Assembly: GCF_001194135.2 (NCBI RefSeq)
Contig: NC_068993.1
Location: 3,276,573 to 3,340,572 of the forward strand
Length of the DNA stretch: 64,000 nucleotides
Reading direction: 5' to 3'
DNA from: Octopus bimaculoides
Taxonomy: Eukaryota
Positions 40,929-52,706 of this stretch are shown here, piece by piece. Position 1 is the stretch's first letter. The number at the start of each line of letters is the position of its first letter. The notes under the pieces are model-generated. The model saw only the letters and a program-made list of their open reading frames with translations, made no database searches and was not told the origin of the DNA. The position numbers and the translations under genes were made by a program.

Positions 40929-41558
40929 AACAACAAACAAGGTGAGGCCATCTATCCATCCATTGTAAATAATGTACATAATTCCTCATCTCAAAAATAT
41001 AGAATAATATTAGTTATCAATGTTTGACTAAGACTGTAACAACAGCAACAACAACATCCATATTTAGCAACGACCACTTAATTCCTTTCCCTCTTTTGTT
41101 TTCTTACCCCCTAAAAGTAACTCTAAAATTAAAATATTTGTGCTCTTTGCATTTCACAGTGTGAAATGTGGTTGGAGGAATATTTCGCTGCTATTTTCAG
41201 GATGTGAAGACACCGCTTTACGTGTTTTTTGTTGTGGCAGTAGATACTAAAAATGGATAAGTGACGTAAAGTTTCATGAAAATTGTTGTCGACCAAAGTG
41301 AGTTAAGTATAATTGGTTGGTCCTTAACTGTTGATGAGGGTCGTAGGTGTGCCATTGTGGATTTAGCTGGGCATCTTAGTCCCTCTGAATCTCCAAAATA
41401 AGAAAAAGAATAGACGAAGCCATGTGAAAGAGAAAACACATCTCTGAATCGAATTTGCACTCTATTAATTGGACCACCACCCTGCCCGAAGAAATTAAAA
41501 TTAAAGTTGGTCTCGGTGAGATTTGAACGCTGAGTGCTGGAGCGAACACTGCAGCGAT

Positions 41559-41725
41559 CAGTGCTTCTCAACTTTTAAATGTCTGCAAATCTGGATTTGT
41601 TTTAGGAAACCGCACCAGAGAAAATAAAACATGAGTTAATTAAAGAAAAATTTATATTAATAGAAGGAAGACCGTGGAGGGCCGCATGAGGTCCTGAGAA
41701 CTGCAGTTTGGAACTGCGTCACTAG
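41559..41725. mobile_element. Possible hAT-Charlie-like MITE, decayed
   Basis: Left end CAGTGCTTCTCAACTTTT; right end GGGCCGCATGAGG...GCAGTTTGGAAC..CACT is only an imperfect mirror. Confidence 0.35.
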
Positions 41726-42660
41726 ATACTGACTGTACTCGCCGTTTTAAAGGCACTGTCAAATTGTTAGCCCAACAACAAATGATGAAGTATAGAAATG
41801 ATATATCTCGGCTGACTGTATCCACACTCCATCGGTCTTGACAGATCAAAAGGTTTTTATTGTTGTCGTTGTTATTTTATACCTACAAATGCCTGCTGCT
41901 TATCTGTCTATTTGGTTGGCTGGCTGGCTAAGATGGTTGTGATGCTGGAATTAATAGGGTTGATATATGTGCTGAGTTTGTGATGAGGTTCACAATGCAT
42001 AAATGATGGAGTATTTAAAGGTGACGGTGGGACGACTAGTAGATTGGTGTTTGTTACACTGGCGATGGCGTCGGTGGCTAAACAGGGCAAAATATTAGTA
42101 ATTGTTATGATAAAGGTGATGATGATCGAGACAGAGACTGCAATACTGGAGAGGGAAATGCCTAAAGTGCTTTTGACGGTCTGGTGGTGCTAGCGGTAAT
42201 AAAGGAGATTGTTGTGGCGGAGGAGTAGGTGAGCTTCGAAGTGTCTATTTTGGCTGTAATACGAGGTGCCGGTGGTCGTATTACTTGTGATGGTCTGGTA
42301 GTGGCTGCAGTTGTTGTATTAATGATGGCGTAATGAGAGAGACGGTGACGGGGTGTTAGATTAGGCAACAGTCGCCCTCTGAAAATGTGGCAAATATGTC
42401 TATAAATAAGAGCGATTGTTATTATTCAAACTGTCAATAGCTTACGTATTAAGTTATTAACATTAACGCAGCGCTGTGTCCATAATTACAAACAGGAATG
42501 TAATACATACATATATCTTCAGATTAATGTATCTGTTTACATCTAGACAAGCATTACACACGTACCCCCCCACACACAAAAATGTACATGTACGTGTGTG
42601 TATGTGTATACATGCGCGCGTACAAGCACACATAAATATACATGCATATGTACATGTGTT

Positions 42661-42712
<52 letters not shown>

Positions 42713-45064
42713 TATATATAAATAGATATGAAGCGGGAAGAGAGTTAGAGTTAGAGAGAATTTGATAGATTGGTAGATAAATAATTATATACGTATACAA
42801 GTACATATGAACGTAATCACATATACATACATATACATGCATGAATATATGTATATGTGAGTGTATATACATACCTTAATCAAACGATATGTATATGTAA
42901 ATTTGAGCATATATATATATATATATACATACATATACATGTTTGTATATATTTACGTATACACATATGTATGAGTGTGTGTGTGTGTGTATATATGTAT
43001 GTATGTAAGAATGTATGTAGGTATGCAGATACTCGTCTATGTGTTAGGTTGTTAAGTGCGGATATTTACTTATTTATGGTGTATTTGAATGTTAAATAGA
43101 AAAACGGTTGCTATGAGGAATGTTTCCGGCTATATGGAATTAAAATATACACGTAGGTTTGAAGAAGATGTCAAAGTAATAATGAAACTGATCCCCCGTA
43201 GCATATGGGAATATACACCCACAGTAATTTAAAACCCAACATCAACATCAGTACCGACACCATTACAATAAAACCACTGAATAGACAAATACTTGTTTTA
43301 AATGTAATGGTTTTCTTCTTTACTTATTGATCTGCTTCTTCTTGTGGTCATGTAATAGAAGGGCGTATTCTGCTGTTTCGTTGCGATTTGCAGCATAAAC
43401 AAAAGTACATAGAATGTGGTAGCGAGAAAAGAGTCAACCCCCCCCCCACACACACACAAAGAAACCCCCATGAATATCCGGGTGTTTCTGCGGAGAAATA
43501 CTACGAGATGATAAATCTTGTGTTGTTTTTTAAATCCTCATCTTATTGTTGAACATAAGAACACTTCCTTAAATAAACGTTAAAAACAACTATATGTGTG
43601 AGTTTGTGTGTGTGTGTGTATGTCTGTGTTTGTAGAGAGAGATAATAGTATTTGTTATTATGTTGTAATAAAAACAATTTTACATTGAATAGGTGGATTA
43701 CTCAATACGTTTTAGTAGAGCACAGGTTTATTATTCTTTAATAAGAAAAACATTGACAGTAATTTCGAAGTTTTGGCCCCTCATGAAAAATTATAATTTA
43801 TATGAAAGATTGCTTTGCCCTTTTTATGAAAAATACTCGTTAATGCTAATCCTGGTCTACGCAGTGCAGTGCTCGCGTCTCTTTTGTATCAAGAATTTCT
43901 GAACTGAGGAAATCAATGCTCAACAGACGAAATTAAGGGTCTTTTCTGTTAAAGTTAGTTTCAGCAAGCAAAATACAGACGGGTGTATTGCTTCTGTACA
44001 TTCTTCTATGCCATTCAACTTTTTATCAGAACTCACGTGACACATGCCCTTATACTTCCGGCTACAGAATAACTTAATCATTTACACGTCCAACATATTC
44101 CATCGACCAAACTGGTTTCATACTGTATTGGTGAACTCGAGGCTACAATAGCAGACTGTTGCCCATGGTGCTATGCAGTGGTATTGAACCCCTAATCACA
44201 AGTATTTAATGCTAAACTTTTCACCAAACACTTTTCTGTATCCTTATATGTATTTAGAAAATGTTATCATTGTATGGTTCTATTAGTATATTAGTACAAA
44301 TATTAGCATTTATTTATGTATGTAAGCTTATATTATTTTCTGTGTGTGAAAGAGAGAGAGAGAGAGAGAGAGAGTGAGAGTGAGTGAGTGAGTGAGTGAG
44401 TGAGTGAGAGCTTGTACTCATATGTTTCTATGGTAGTGAAAGGCGATCCGAAAGAAACTTCTATGGTGTCAGAACATCAAAGTTAAACATCTGTTTCTGT
44501 GTTTTGGAAAGTTTTTCCTTAGACAAGTGAAAATAACAGGAGCGTATAGAAAGTGTCTAATAACAGGNNNNNNNNNNNNNNNNNNNNNNNNNNNNNNNNN
44601 NNNNNNNNNNNNNNNNNNNNNNNNNNNNNNNNNNNNNNNNNNNNNNNNNNNNNNNNNNNNNNNNNNNNNNNNNNNNNNNNNNNNNNNNNNNNNNNNNNNN
44701 NNNNNNNNNNNNNNNNNNNNNNNNNNNNNNNNNNNNNNNNNNNNNNNNNNNNNNNNNNNNNNNNNNNNNNNNNNNNNNNNNNNNNNNNNNNNNNNNNNNN
44801 NNNNNNNNNNNNNNNNNNNNNNNNNNNNNNNNNNNNNNNNNNNNNNNNNNNNNNNNNNNNNNNNNNNNNNNNNNNNNNNNNNNNNNNNNNNNNNNNNNNN
44901 NNNNNNNNNNNNNNNNNNNNNNNNNNNNNNNNNNNNNNNNNNNNNNNNNNNNNNNNNNNNNNNNNNNGAATTGGAAATTACACACTTGTATCTTCTGGGT
45001 AAATTGCGAAAGTGCCAATAATCGTAGTCCCAAGCGTAGCTTTAGGATAAAAAGTTTACTTCTA

Positions 45065-45415
45065 AACTATGAGGTTGAGTTCCACCGTGCGGCACTTTGG
45101 GCAAATGTCTCTCACTATAGTCCCGCTTCGACTCAAACCTTTGGAGTGAATGGATTTGATAGACGGAAATTGAGAGAGCATCACATACATCCATGCATAT
45201 GTATGTGGGTGTTTGATCCCTCCCCCACCACCACCACTGATTGGCAATCAGTGTTGGTTAGTTAAGGACTCTGTCGTTTAGCGGTTCGATAAAAAGTGAT
45301 CAATTAAATAAGTAGCTGGATCAAATGTAAGTACTGATGTCGATTTGTTCAACTAAACCTTTCAAGGTAGTACTCCAGCATGGCTGTATTCCAAAGACTA
45401 AATAATAAAAAGAAT
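45065..45415 (+). mobile_element. SINE family A, near full length, diverged
   Basis: GCACTTTGGGCAAATGTCT, GTGAATGGATTTGATAGACGGAAATTGA and GTCGATTTGTTCAACTAAACCTTTCAAGGTAGTACTCCAGCATGGC occur in the family order. Confidence 0.8.
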
Positions 45416-47021
45416 CTTACTGTGAGACGGAATTACATTCGTTTTAATGACAACTATTCTCAAGAGAAGCAAGGGAAGGAATTTTGAAATGTAAAGTGAT
45501 TAATGATTAAGATGAATGATAGTGGGAATGGGGCTGCTATAGTGACAACATCGGGCCTGTTTTCGTCTTATCAGACCTCCTCAGCGAAATTCACTTTTAT
45601 ACATAATAAGCAGAGCATATAATAACTTAAAATGTAGTTTTCTTGTCCAAATAATTCACAGATTAAGCAATATGAATTAAGTAGCAATGGAAGCAGTATG
45701 GGAGCCTGCACAGGAACAGCGCATCACTGTATCCACCATTTGTTGGTGAATCCCTACTCCTGGCAGATATCGCCTTTGCACCTACCAACCTATGGGTCTG
45801 TTTGGGGGTTGATGTTGCCAGTGAGGGTTTTACGAGGTCGGAGTGCAAATGCTACTTCAACCTCTTTTAGTCGCCTTTCATGACATGCAGAGGAAATGTT
45901 GGGTCTGTTCTTTGACATGGCGGTCCCCACATAGCACAATATTGATTAACACTCTCGTGTACAAACCGGCAATATCACACCCAAACGTTTTAGCCCTTTT
46001 GTTTTATCAACTGACCAGATCAGGCCTCTCCCACATCTATTACGTAATTCTTACTCGTGTTTAAGTATAAACAACTGTATTATACTCAGAAGTTATTCGG
46101 TTCCCTTTTTTTCTACTGACTTTGGAGAGAAAACACTCCAGTGTTCATACGAAAATCCATCCGAAATCTCAGCTTTCATTTTACAATCGATTTTGATAAT
46201 CACCTTGGAAACGAGATGTGTGTCAAATTGGTGTATATTTTAGTCTTACTTCCTGAACGTTACAAGAATATTCACCATAACTTCTCGACTTACAAACAGC
46301 TACTACTTACTCCAAATGATTCTCAACAAAACATTTGATATCTATAACTGGTCAGTCCTTGTCCTCCATAAGTTTATTTCTAAGCAATACATCATGATAT
46401 CAGCAGCGGTCATGTGGGCAGTAAATTTGTTTTCTATCGACACATTTTTTTTAGTATTTTGTCGTTGTTCCGAGAAGTGAATAATTCAGTAAATCTATTG
46501 AGAAGGTTGATGTAGCTTGTTGATAATCTCAACTTTCTTTTGTATGTAATCTTTTATATACTTTCATGTTCTATTTCCTAGCAGACAATGTGTAACGCTT
46601 AATGTTCGATATGTTATACTTTATTTATATTTTAGACAAACACACTGTTTGTCTATCTTCACTTGACTAATATTTGTGTTGGGTTAGTTTGGAGAGAAGG
46701 AAATTAGATCAGCTTTGTTGAATATTATGTTTCTTCTTGCCAATAATGTGTGTCTGTGTTTGAAAGTCTATTAAAAGCGATCTTGTTTAGAGACACACTT
46801 GCTTGGAGGTTACAGTACTTCATTCCTGTCCAATTGGTCACGTGCTCAAAATATGCTTAGATTTGTATCTTCCTTTATATTTTATTTCAAAATTGCGACA
46901 AACTCTTATTTCTAATATAAACATGGAAAAGATTTTGAAAACATTCCACACTATTCTAGACATAAATGGAAAACAAGGGAATATGGAAAAGCTACAAAAC
47001 AGCTAATCAGAGCATGTTTGT

Positions 47022-47350
47022 TTTTATCTGTTTCAGTCCTTGGACTACAGCCATACTGGGGCACGACTTTGAAGTCTTTTAGAGGAACTAACCCCAGAAC
47101 TTATTTTTAAGTGTGGCACTTAATCTATGGACTCCTCTTTGCCGAACCCCTAAAGTTACAGGTTTCTAAACAAACATCTGTTTTCTAGCTGTGGTGAGAG
47201 ACAAACACACACATGTATGCATGTATGTGCAGCAAGCTTCCACAAAATTTCTGTAAACCGAATTCACTCATGAGGTATTGATCCCCACCCAGGGAGGCAT
47301 AGTAGAAGACACTTTTCCAAGGTGCCACGCTGGGGTACTGGGCTCAAACG
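47022..47350 (-). mobile_element. SINE family A, diverged
   Basis: TGTTTCAGTCCTTGGACTACAGCCATACTGG at one end and ATAGTAGAAGACACTTTTCCAAGGTGCCACGC at the other. Confidence 0.75.
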
Positions 47351-47554
47351 ATCAGATTTCAGTTATAGAGTTCAGCAGATACTTCCGTAATGTAGACGAC
47401 TTAAAAGCTCAATGCCATTAGACAACATTTTCATGGATGTTCTGCAACATGTTTAGAAAAATATCAACCGACAGATCTTTCGTCCATAACCCAACACTCT
47501 CTTGCCTCAATAATTCACGGCTATATACGTCATTAATATTAGTGTCAAATTTTG

Positions 47555-47740
47555 GTACAAGACTAGCAAATTCGGGAGAAGTTCTAAGCCAATTACATCG
47601 ACCCCAGTGCTCAACTGGCATTCATTTTATCGACTCCGAAAGGATGAAGCACAACGTCGAATTGAACTCAGAACGTAAGGACGGACAAAATACCCTAAAC
47701 ATTTTTTCCCGACGTGCTAACAACTACGCTTGCCATCTTA
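47555..47740 (-). mobile_element. SINE family B
   Basis: ATTACATCGACCCCAGTGCTCAACTGG...GAAAGGATGAA...TTGAACTCAGAACGTAA...CGTGCTAAC. Confidence 0.8.
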
Positions 47741-49934
47741 TACGTTTGTATTACCGAAATAAATAACCTCAGCATTGCCGGGATAAGCCAACTCAGAAAT
47801 TAGGTAGTAATTAGTTTTGGGTTGCCTGTAAATCATCACTGTATTTTTACTGTAAGAAACACCCTCCTGTATTTTTACCCTGTGAAGTCTGTAGTCTGTT
47901 AAGTCGATAAACATGCTGTGTGTAACTGTACAAAGCCAACACCGTATTCCTTCGGTGAACCTGTACAGTAATACTCCTGTATCTCAAAACCTTATTTCCT
48001 CGATAGACTAACACAGTATTCAATTCTACATCTACTTTGGGCTCTCTACATGGTGAACCTTGTATTTAATTTATAGGACACAATTCTCTTCTTCCGGATC
48101 ATAAAAGCTGTTTTGGTTCATTATTATCAGTGACCAAGACACTCGTTTATTATACAGTTCTCCTCTCGTTAGTGAATGATATAGGCTGCAATATATTTAC
48201 AGTTTGGTCGACCAGGCGAACAACGTTTTAAGTCCAGTTCTGTATCTATAACTTATACTTAGCCAGATAGACATAATTTATTGTCATTTAGATTATATCG
48301 GCTATCATTGTGGTGAATTGAGACAAATAAAGTATCATGATAATACAACAGTAATGGAAAATAAATATTACACAAAATTTGACACCAAGATGGTGGCTAT
48401 ATATCGCTGTTCTGTCTACACAGACAACACTTTCAATAATTGTCACACTTGTTGTGCCAACAAGAGGAAATTCATTACTTCATATATACACATGTGACCT
48501 ATAATTGCAATCATTTTTCTTCCGTATTACTAATTCAATTTCTAAACTTAAGCTTTGTAATAACTGTAAAATATGCATAAATGATAGTCTGGTAAACATT
48601 ATAAATATTAATTAAATTGTGAAGAGCACTTTTGCACAAACTGAACACAACAGACATTTTGTCTGCAATTTGAAATGTGTATTCCGAAACGATAGAATAT
48701 TAATGTTTCTAAGCTGTGTAGAGGGAGACTAACATTTCGATGGAGAAAACTGGTGATTAAAACATTCCCAGTACTTCAATAACGCGTATTTAATCTATTT
48801 TGGGTAGATGAAGGGCAGATTGTACACTGGCAGATTTCAAAGTCGGAATGTATAAGGAAAGCAAATAAACATGAGAAAATCATTTGGTCGACACGTTTAC
48901 CAGATAACCTCCTTTAGATGACCTAATATTCATTTCTAACATACGTAAAAAGTACACGAACTCAAGGGAAGGATATAAACAATTATATTGACAGGAGTAT
49001 TTAACTGCTGATTATTTCATAGACACTGGTGTGAGGTGTGTGTTTACTGAAAACTATCAACTTTTGGTGGATTCGAACACCAAAACTACAAGCACAACAA
49101 AATACTAAACAGCTACGCCACTATTTCGCCCATCCACATTAAGCAAGATTAATAAATATTTTTAAACGAAAGAAGCGTGACTATTTCTTCTCTTTTCACT
49201 TAAAACTGTAGAAATGTAGTGTAGTAATATAGTTTTCCTTTTTGGGAAAGTGCCAAAATGCCCAAGTTTGTGGCAGTTGTAGTGTGAACAGAGTCAAATA
49301 TTCCAAATGAAGCATCATGCTGTTTCCATACTACTGCACAGTTCTCAGGTCATTAAGTATGACCGACAATCAAATTTTCTCATGTGTGTAAATAAATTTA
49401 GCAGGGACAGCCAGGAAATTGAATTTATGAGGTTTCATTTAATTATTCGATTCGACTTCCAGGGTATATTTCCATTTGGATTACGTTCTCGTAACTCCAG
49501 GTATGTGCATTCCATTTACAGCATATCGGCGTGAAGTTCAGGAAAGATATATTAACAGCAAATGTTTCCTACATTATTTTCTCCCTCGCTCTCTTCGTAC
49601 AAGCAAATATATCTATCTAAATGTTCCGTTTTATGTGAAGTTATACGAAAAACAAATGCAGTTAAATTTATTCATGGAATTCTCTTAAATATGCTGATTA
49701 TATATACATATATGTATGTATAAATATATATTTATTCATATACAGACACGTGTATATGTATATATACATATGTGTGTATGTATGTATGTGTATATATATG
49801 TACATGTATATATATGTTTATATATAGACGTGAATATATATTAATATTGGCACATACATGAATATATATATATATATATATATATAATATGTGTGTTTGT
49901 ATGTATGCATGTATGTATATGCATATTTATCACC

Positions 49935-50070
49935 GAGCTTCTACAAAATTCTGTCTACCAATCGCACTGAAATCATTGGTCGACCTGAGGTTATCAGTAA
50001 AAAGCAATTGCTCCAAGTGACGCAGTGTGGGACTGAAGTAGAGAACATTTAGCTTTAAAAAAATGAACTT
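49935..50070 (-). mobile_element. SINE family A, 5' fragment
   Basis: CTGTCTACCAATCGCAC...TTGGTCGACCTGAGGTTAT...GCAGTGTGGGACTGAA is the reverse complement of the family A 5' half. Confidence 0.6.
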
Positions 50071-50930
50071 CTGTAAAGCTTATCGAACTCCTACACCCAA
50101 CGCATGCACGCACGCGCGCACGCACACCCTACGACGTACTTCGCATACCAACATAACCATTCTCGTTAGTAAGTTTATTTGCATACAGACATATAGAACT
50201 GAAAGTGAGTAAACGCACATGCGTCAACATCTTTTTTACGATTATGATGATGGTGATGATGTCGTTTATTGTGCTGGCGGTGGTAATATCTCTGATGCTG
50301 GTTGTGACTGGTGTATACTTCAAATATAATACAACATATCGTCATTAAAAGGAAGTTTTTAATGGACTCCAACATACGTTGGTTTTGAGGATTTTTTGAA
50401 AAACCTATTGAATTCTTTCTCGTCATGTAAAATGAACTTCCTGTCTATTATAATCCCTGTTCTGAACTGCGATCCCCACCCTGAACCACCTGCAACATCA
50501 TGTCACAAAAAAGCTTAACCACCGTCCCTACAACAACCATCAACACCTCCTCCATCAACTAACATTGCCTTCGCTCTGCTTTTACCACATTTTTCAAACA
50601 CAACAGCTATTTTCACCTTCAACAACATCGTTATTGCTAATGCTACTAAAACTAGACAGGATTTCCGGTTATCCATTACATCAAAATAAGAATTAGGATA
50701 ATAAAAAGTGTAAGCTTAAGCTAATCCACATGCATAATCTTTGATGTCACCATCATCGTCACAGCGTCGACATCGTCATCGCTGTCTCTGTTAATATTCT
50801 TATCTTTACTGGTATCACTGACATAACATGCTTAGTTTACAAAGTGCGATAATATTTAAAATGCAAGACCCGATACTTGCTCTCTATAATTTACAAAAAG
50901 ATCTGTAAGAATATACATGTATATGAAAGT

Positions 50931-50966
<36 letters not shown>

Positions 50967-52290
50967 TTTTTAATATGCCTTCTTAACCCATTGTGTTCAA
51001 AACTCACTGGATTTGCGAGTTACCATTCATAAAATATATCCAGAGAAATATAGCTTGGAAGAATCATGAACTATCATAGTTCAACCTAAATGAGAAGCAC
51101 ATAAGAAATATTGGTGAAATGTAGGCAAAAATTGCTTCGAAACTTGAAAAATTAAACGTTTCATGTTTAGAATTCAATTTATTCACAAACATTGATTTTT
51201 GGTTATATTTCATCAACATTAGACGGAACAAGGATGATCTAAATAAGCATTGTTTCACATATTGAGAAGAAAAAATAGTGTTTACTGCTTTGTGTAGTTT
51301 ATCTTGCATTTTGTGATGTTAAGAATTTCCATCTCTATTAGCTAGACATGCAGCATTTCTGAAGCATCCCTATTTGTGGAGATATCTTTGGAATAAAATG
51401 GCTAAACCATACAAAAAATGTAGGAAAAATGTAAAGGTTAAGGTTAGGTGCATATTTTAATGAATATATACTTGTAAACCAGAGGTAATCATTTGAAGAA
51501 TATTCTCGCCATCTTTGTATTTTGTTGCCTGCAAGAGCTGAACAGAAATTAGTTCTATAAGATGGTAAAATAACGAAGAACGGTCCACACTGTGGGGAAG
51601 TAAACTTGGAAAATATTTTAGAAAACAGCATGACAGCTCATTAAAATGAGAGAAATAAATGATTAAAGTCAAGTTTCTTGATAATATTCCCAATTATGAT
51701 ATTAGAGAAAGGAAATCATTACTTAATCGGGTTCAAAACATACAAAAGTCATTTAGTTGTAAATTTAAATTTCATTGTTCTTTTAATACAAATATGCAAA
51801 TGAAGGCAGTTTCCCAGCATGACTGCACTTCAATGACCAAAATCGCTAGAATGATAATATAATGATACTTGTATAATTATATCTTCATTCATTATAATTG
51901 TAAAATATTTTCTAAAACCACAGAAATGACTGAAAATAGCATTGTAAAAACCTTTGCTAATATCTATTTCATGTTGTGCAAAGTTATGCTGCAGTGAATG
52001 AATGATAGAGGGCAAACGGGGAAGGATGTGGAGCTTTCGTTTGTTAAGTCAGATAAGATTGGGTGTGAACATTTAATTTGACAAAGTAGCTTCTTGATGA
52101 AAATATTGGCAGATACACAACTAAGTGATGATCGTGGTGGAGTTGGTGGTGGTAATGATGATGATGACGATGTCCAATTTTTCACTTTCGCATATATTTT
52201 GCTTTGTTCCAGTTTCAGAAATAATTCTCTCTCTCTCTCTCTGTACGTACGAACATACATACAAACATACATAGTTCTATATTTAAGAGA

Positions 52291-52460
52291 TGGCATAGTG
52301 GTTAAGAGCGCGGGCGACTAACCCCAAGATTCCGAGTTTGATTCCAGGCAGTGACCTGAATAATAACAAGAACAGCAACATCGAAAAATAGAAAAATACC
52401 TTAGGAATGAGAATCCAGGTTTGAAATTTATCCAAGACACCTCATGAAGGCTGGAGTGGG
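52291..52460 (+). mobile_element. tRNA-headed SINE-like element whose 3' part runs into the 5' half of the hammerhead motif; 3'-truncated at a (TA)n tract
   Basis: A-box-like TGGCATAGTGG at 52291 and B-box-like GAGTTTGATTCC at 52334. An AAT/AAC spacer follows, then TTAGGAATGAGAATCCAGGTTTGAAATTTATCCAAGACAC CTCATGA AGGCTGGAG, which matches the 40603-40976 element. Confidence 0.7.
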
Positions 52461-52465
52461 ACTAG

Positions 52466-52512
<47 letters not shown>

Positions 52513-52537
52513 ATATAAAACTATATATATATATATA

Positions 52538-52706
52538 ACTATAGCCTCGGGCCGACCAAAGCCTTGTGAGTGGATTTGGTAGAAGGAAACTGAAAGAAGC
52601 CCATCGTATATATTTATGTGTGTGTGTATATGTTTGTGTGTCTGTGTTTGTGCCCCCTACATTGCTTGACAACCGATAGTGGTGTGTTTGCATCCCCGTA
52701 ACTTAC
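52538..52706 (+). mobile_element. SINE family A, central fragment
   Basis: ACTATAGCCTCGGGCCGACCAAAGCCTTGTGAGTGGATTTGGTAGAAGGAAACTGAAAGAAGCCC is nearly identical to 2062-2121. Confidence 0.85.

Larger units (their letters stand above)
40603..40976 (-). mobile_element. Foldback element with ~130-bp inverted arms (40603-40733, 40846-40976), each with a degenerate Penelope-type minimal hammerhead motif; the spacer is a decayed tRNA-like SINE body on the minus strand
   Basis: The left arm TACATTATCTACAATGGATGGATAAG...GTTTGTTGTTATCACAGCGTTTCAGCTGATG...CCAGCCTTCATCAGGTGTTCTG is the reverse complement of the right arm CAGAACACATGATGAAGGCTGG...CATCAGCTGAAATGTTGTGATAACAACAAAC...ATCCATCCATTGTAAATAATGTA. 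The minus-strand spacer ATAACCCTCGGATTCTAAGTTCAAA...CTTAGGAATGAGAAC aligns with 52318-52413. Confidence 0.8.

Noticed and set aside
41930-42370. GC-richer stretch with Thr/Ser/Pro-rich minus ORFs
   Set aside because: Decayed GGT/GAT low-complexity sequence, not a mucin-like exon I can support.
44030-44065. E-box (TCACGTGAC) plus ETS (ACTTCCGG) promoter-like motif pair; also YY1-like motifs at ~543 and ~48387
   Set aside because: Short motifs expected by chance; no CpG island or downstream exon supports a promoter.
45690-45915. Possible RTE 5' UTR relic (minus strand GTCATGAAAGGCGACTAAAAG)
   Set aside because: Only a ~20-nt motif resemblance and no ORF similarity follows; too weak to list as a feature.
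51062-51650. Protein-like plus frame containing ARHAAFLKHPYLWRYLWNKMAKP
   Set aside because: About 14 stops in ~200 codons, as expected for random AT-rich DNA; no family recognised.
52291-52355. tRNA gene
   Set aside because: The acceptor stem does not pair, the B box is degenerate and it runs into a repeat body, so it is a SINE head rather than a tRNA. The same applies to 62479-62550.
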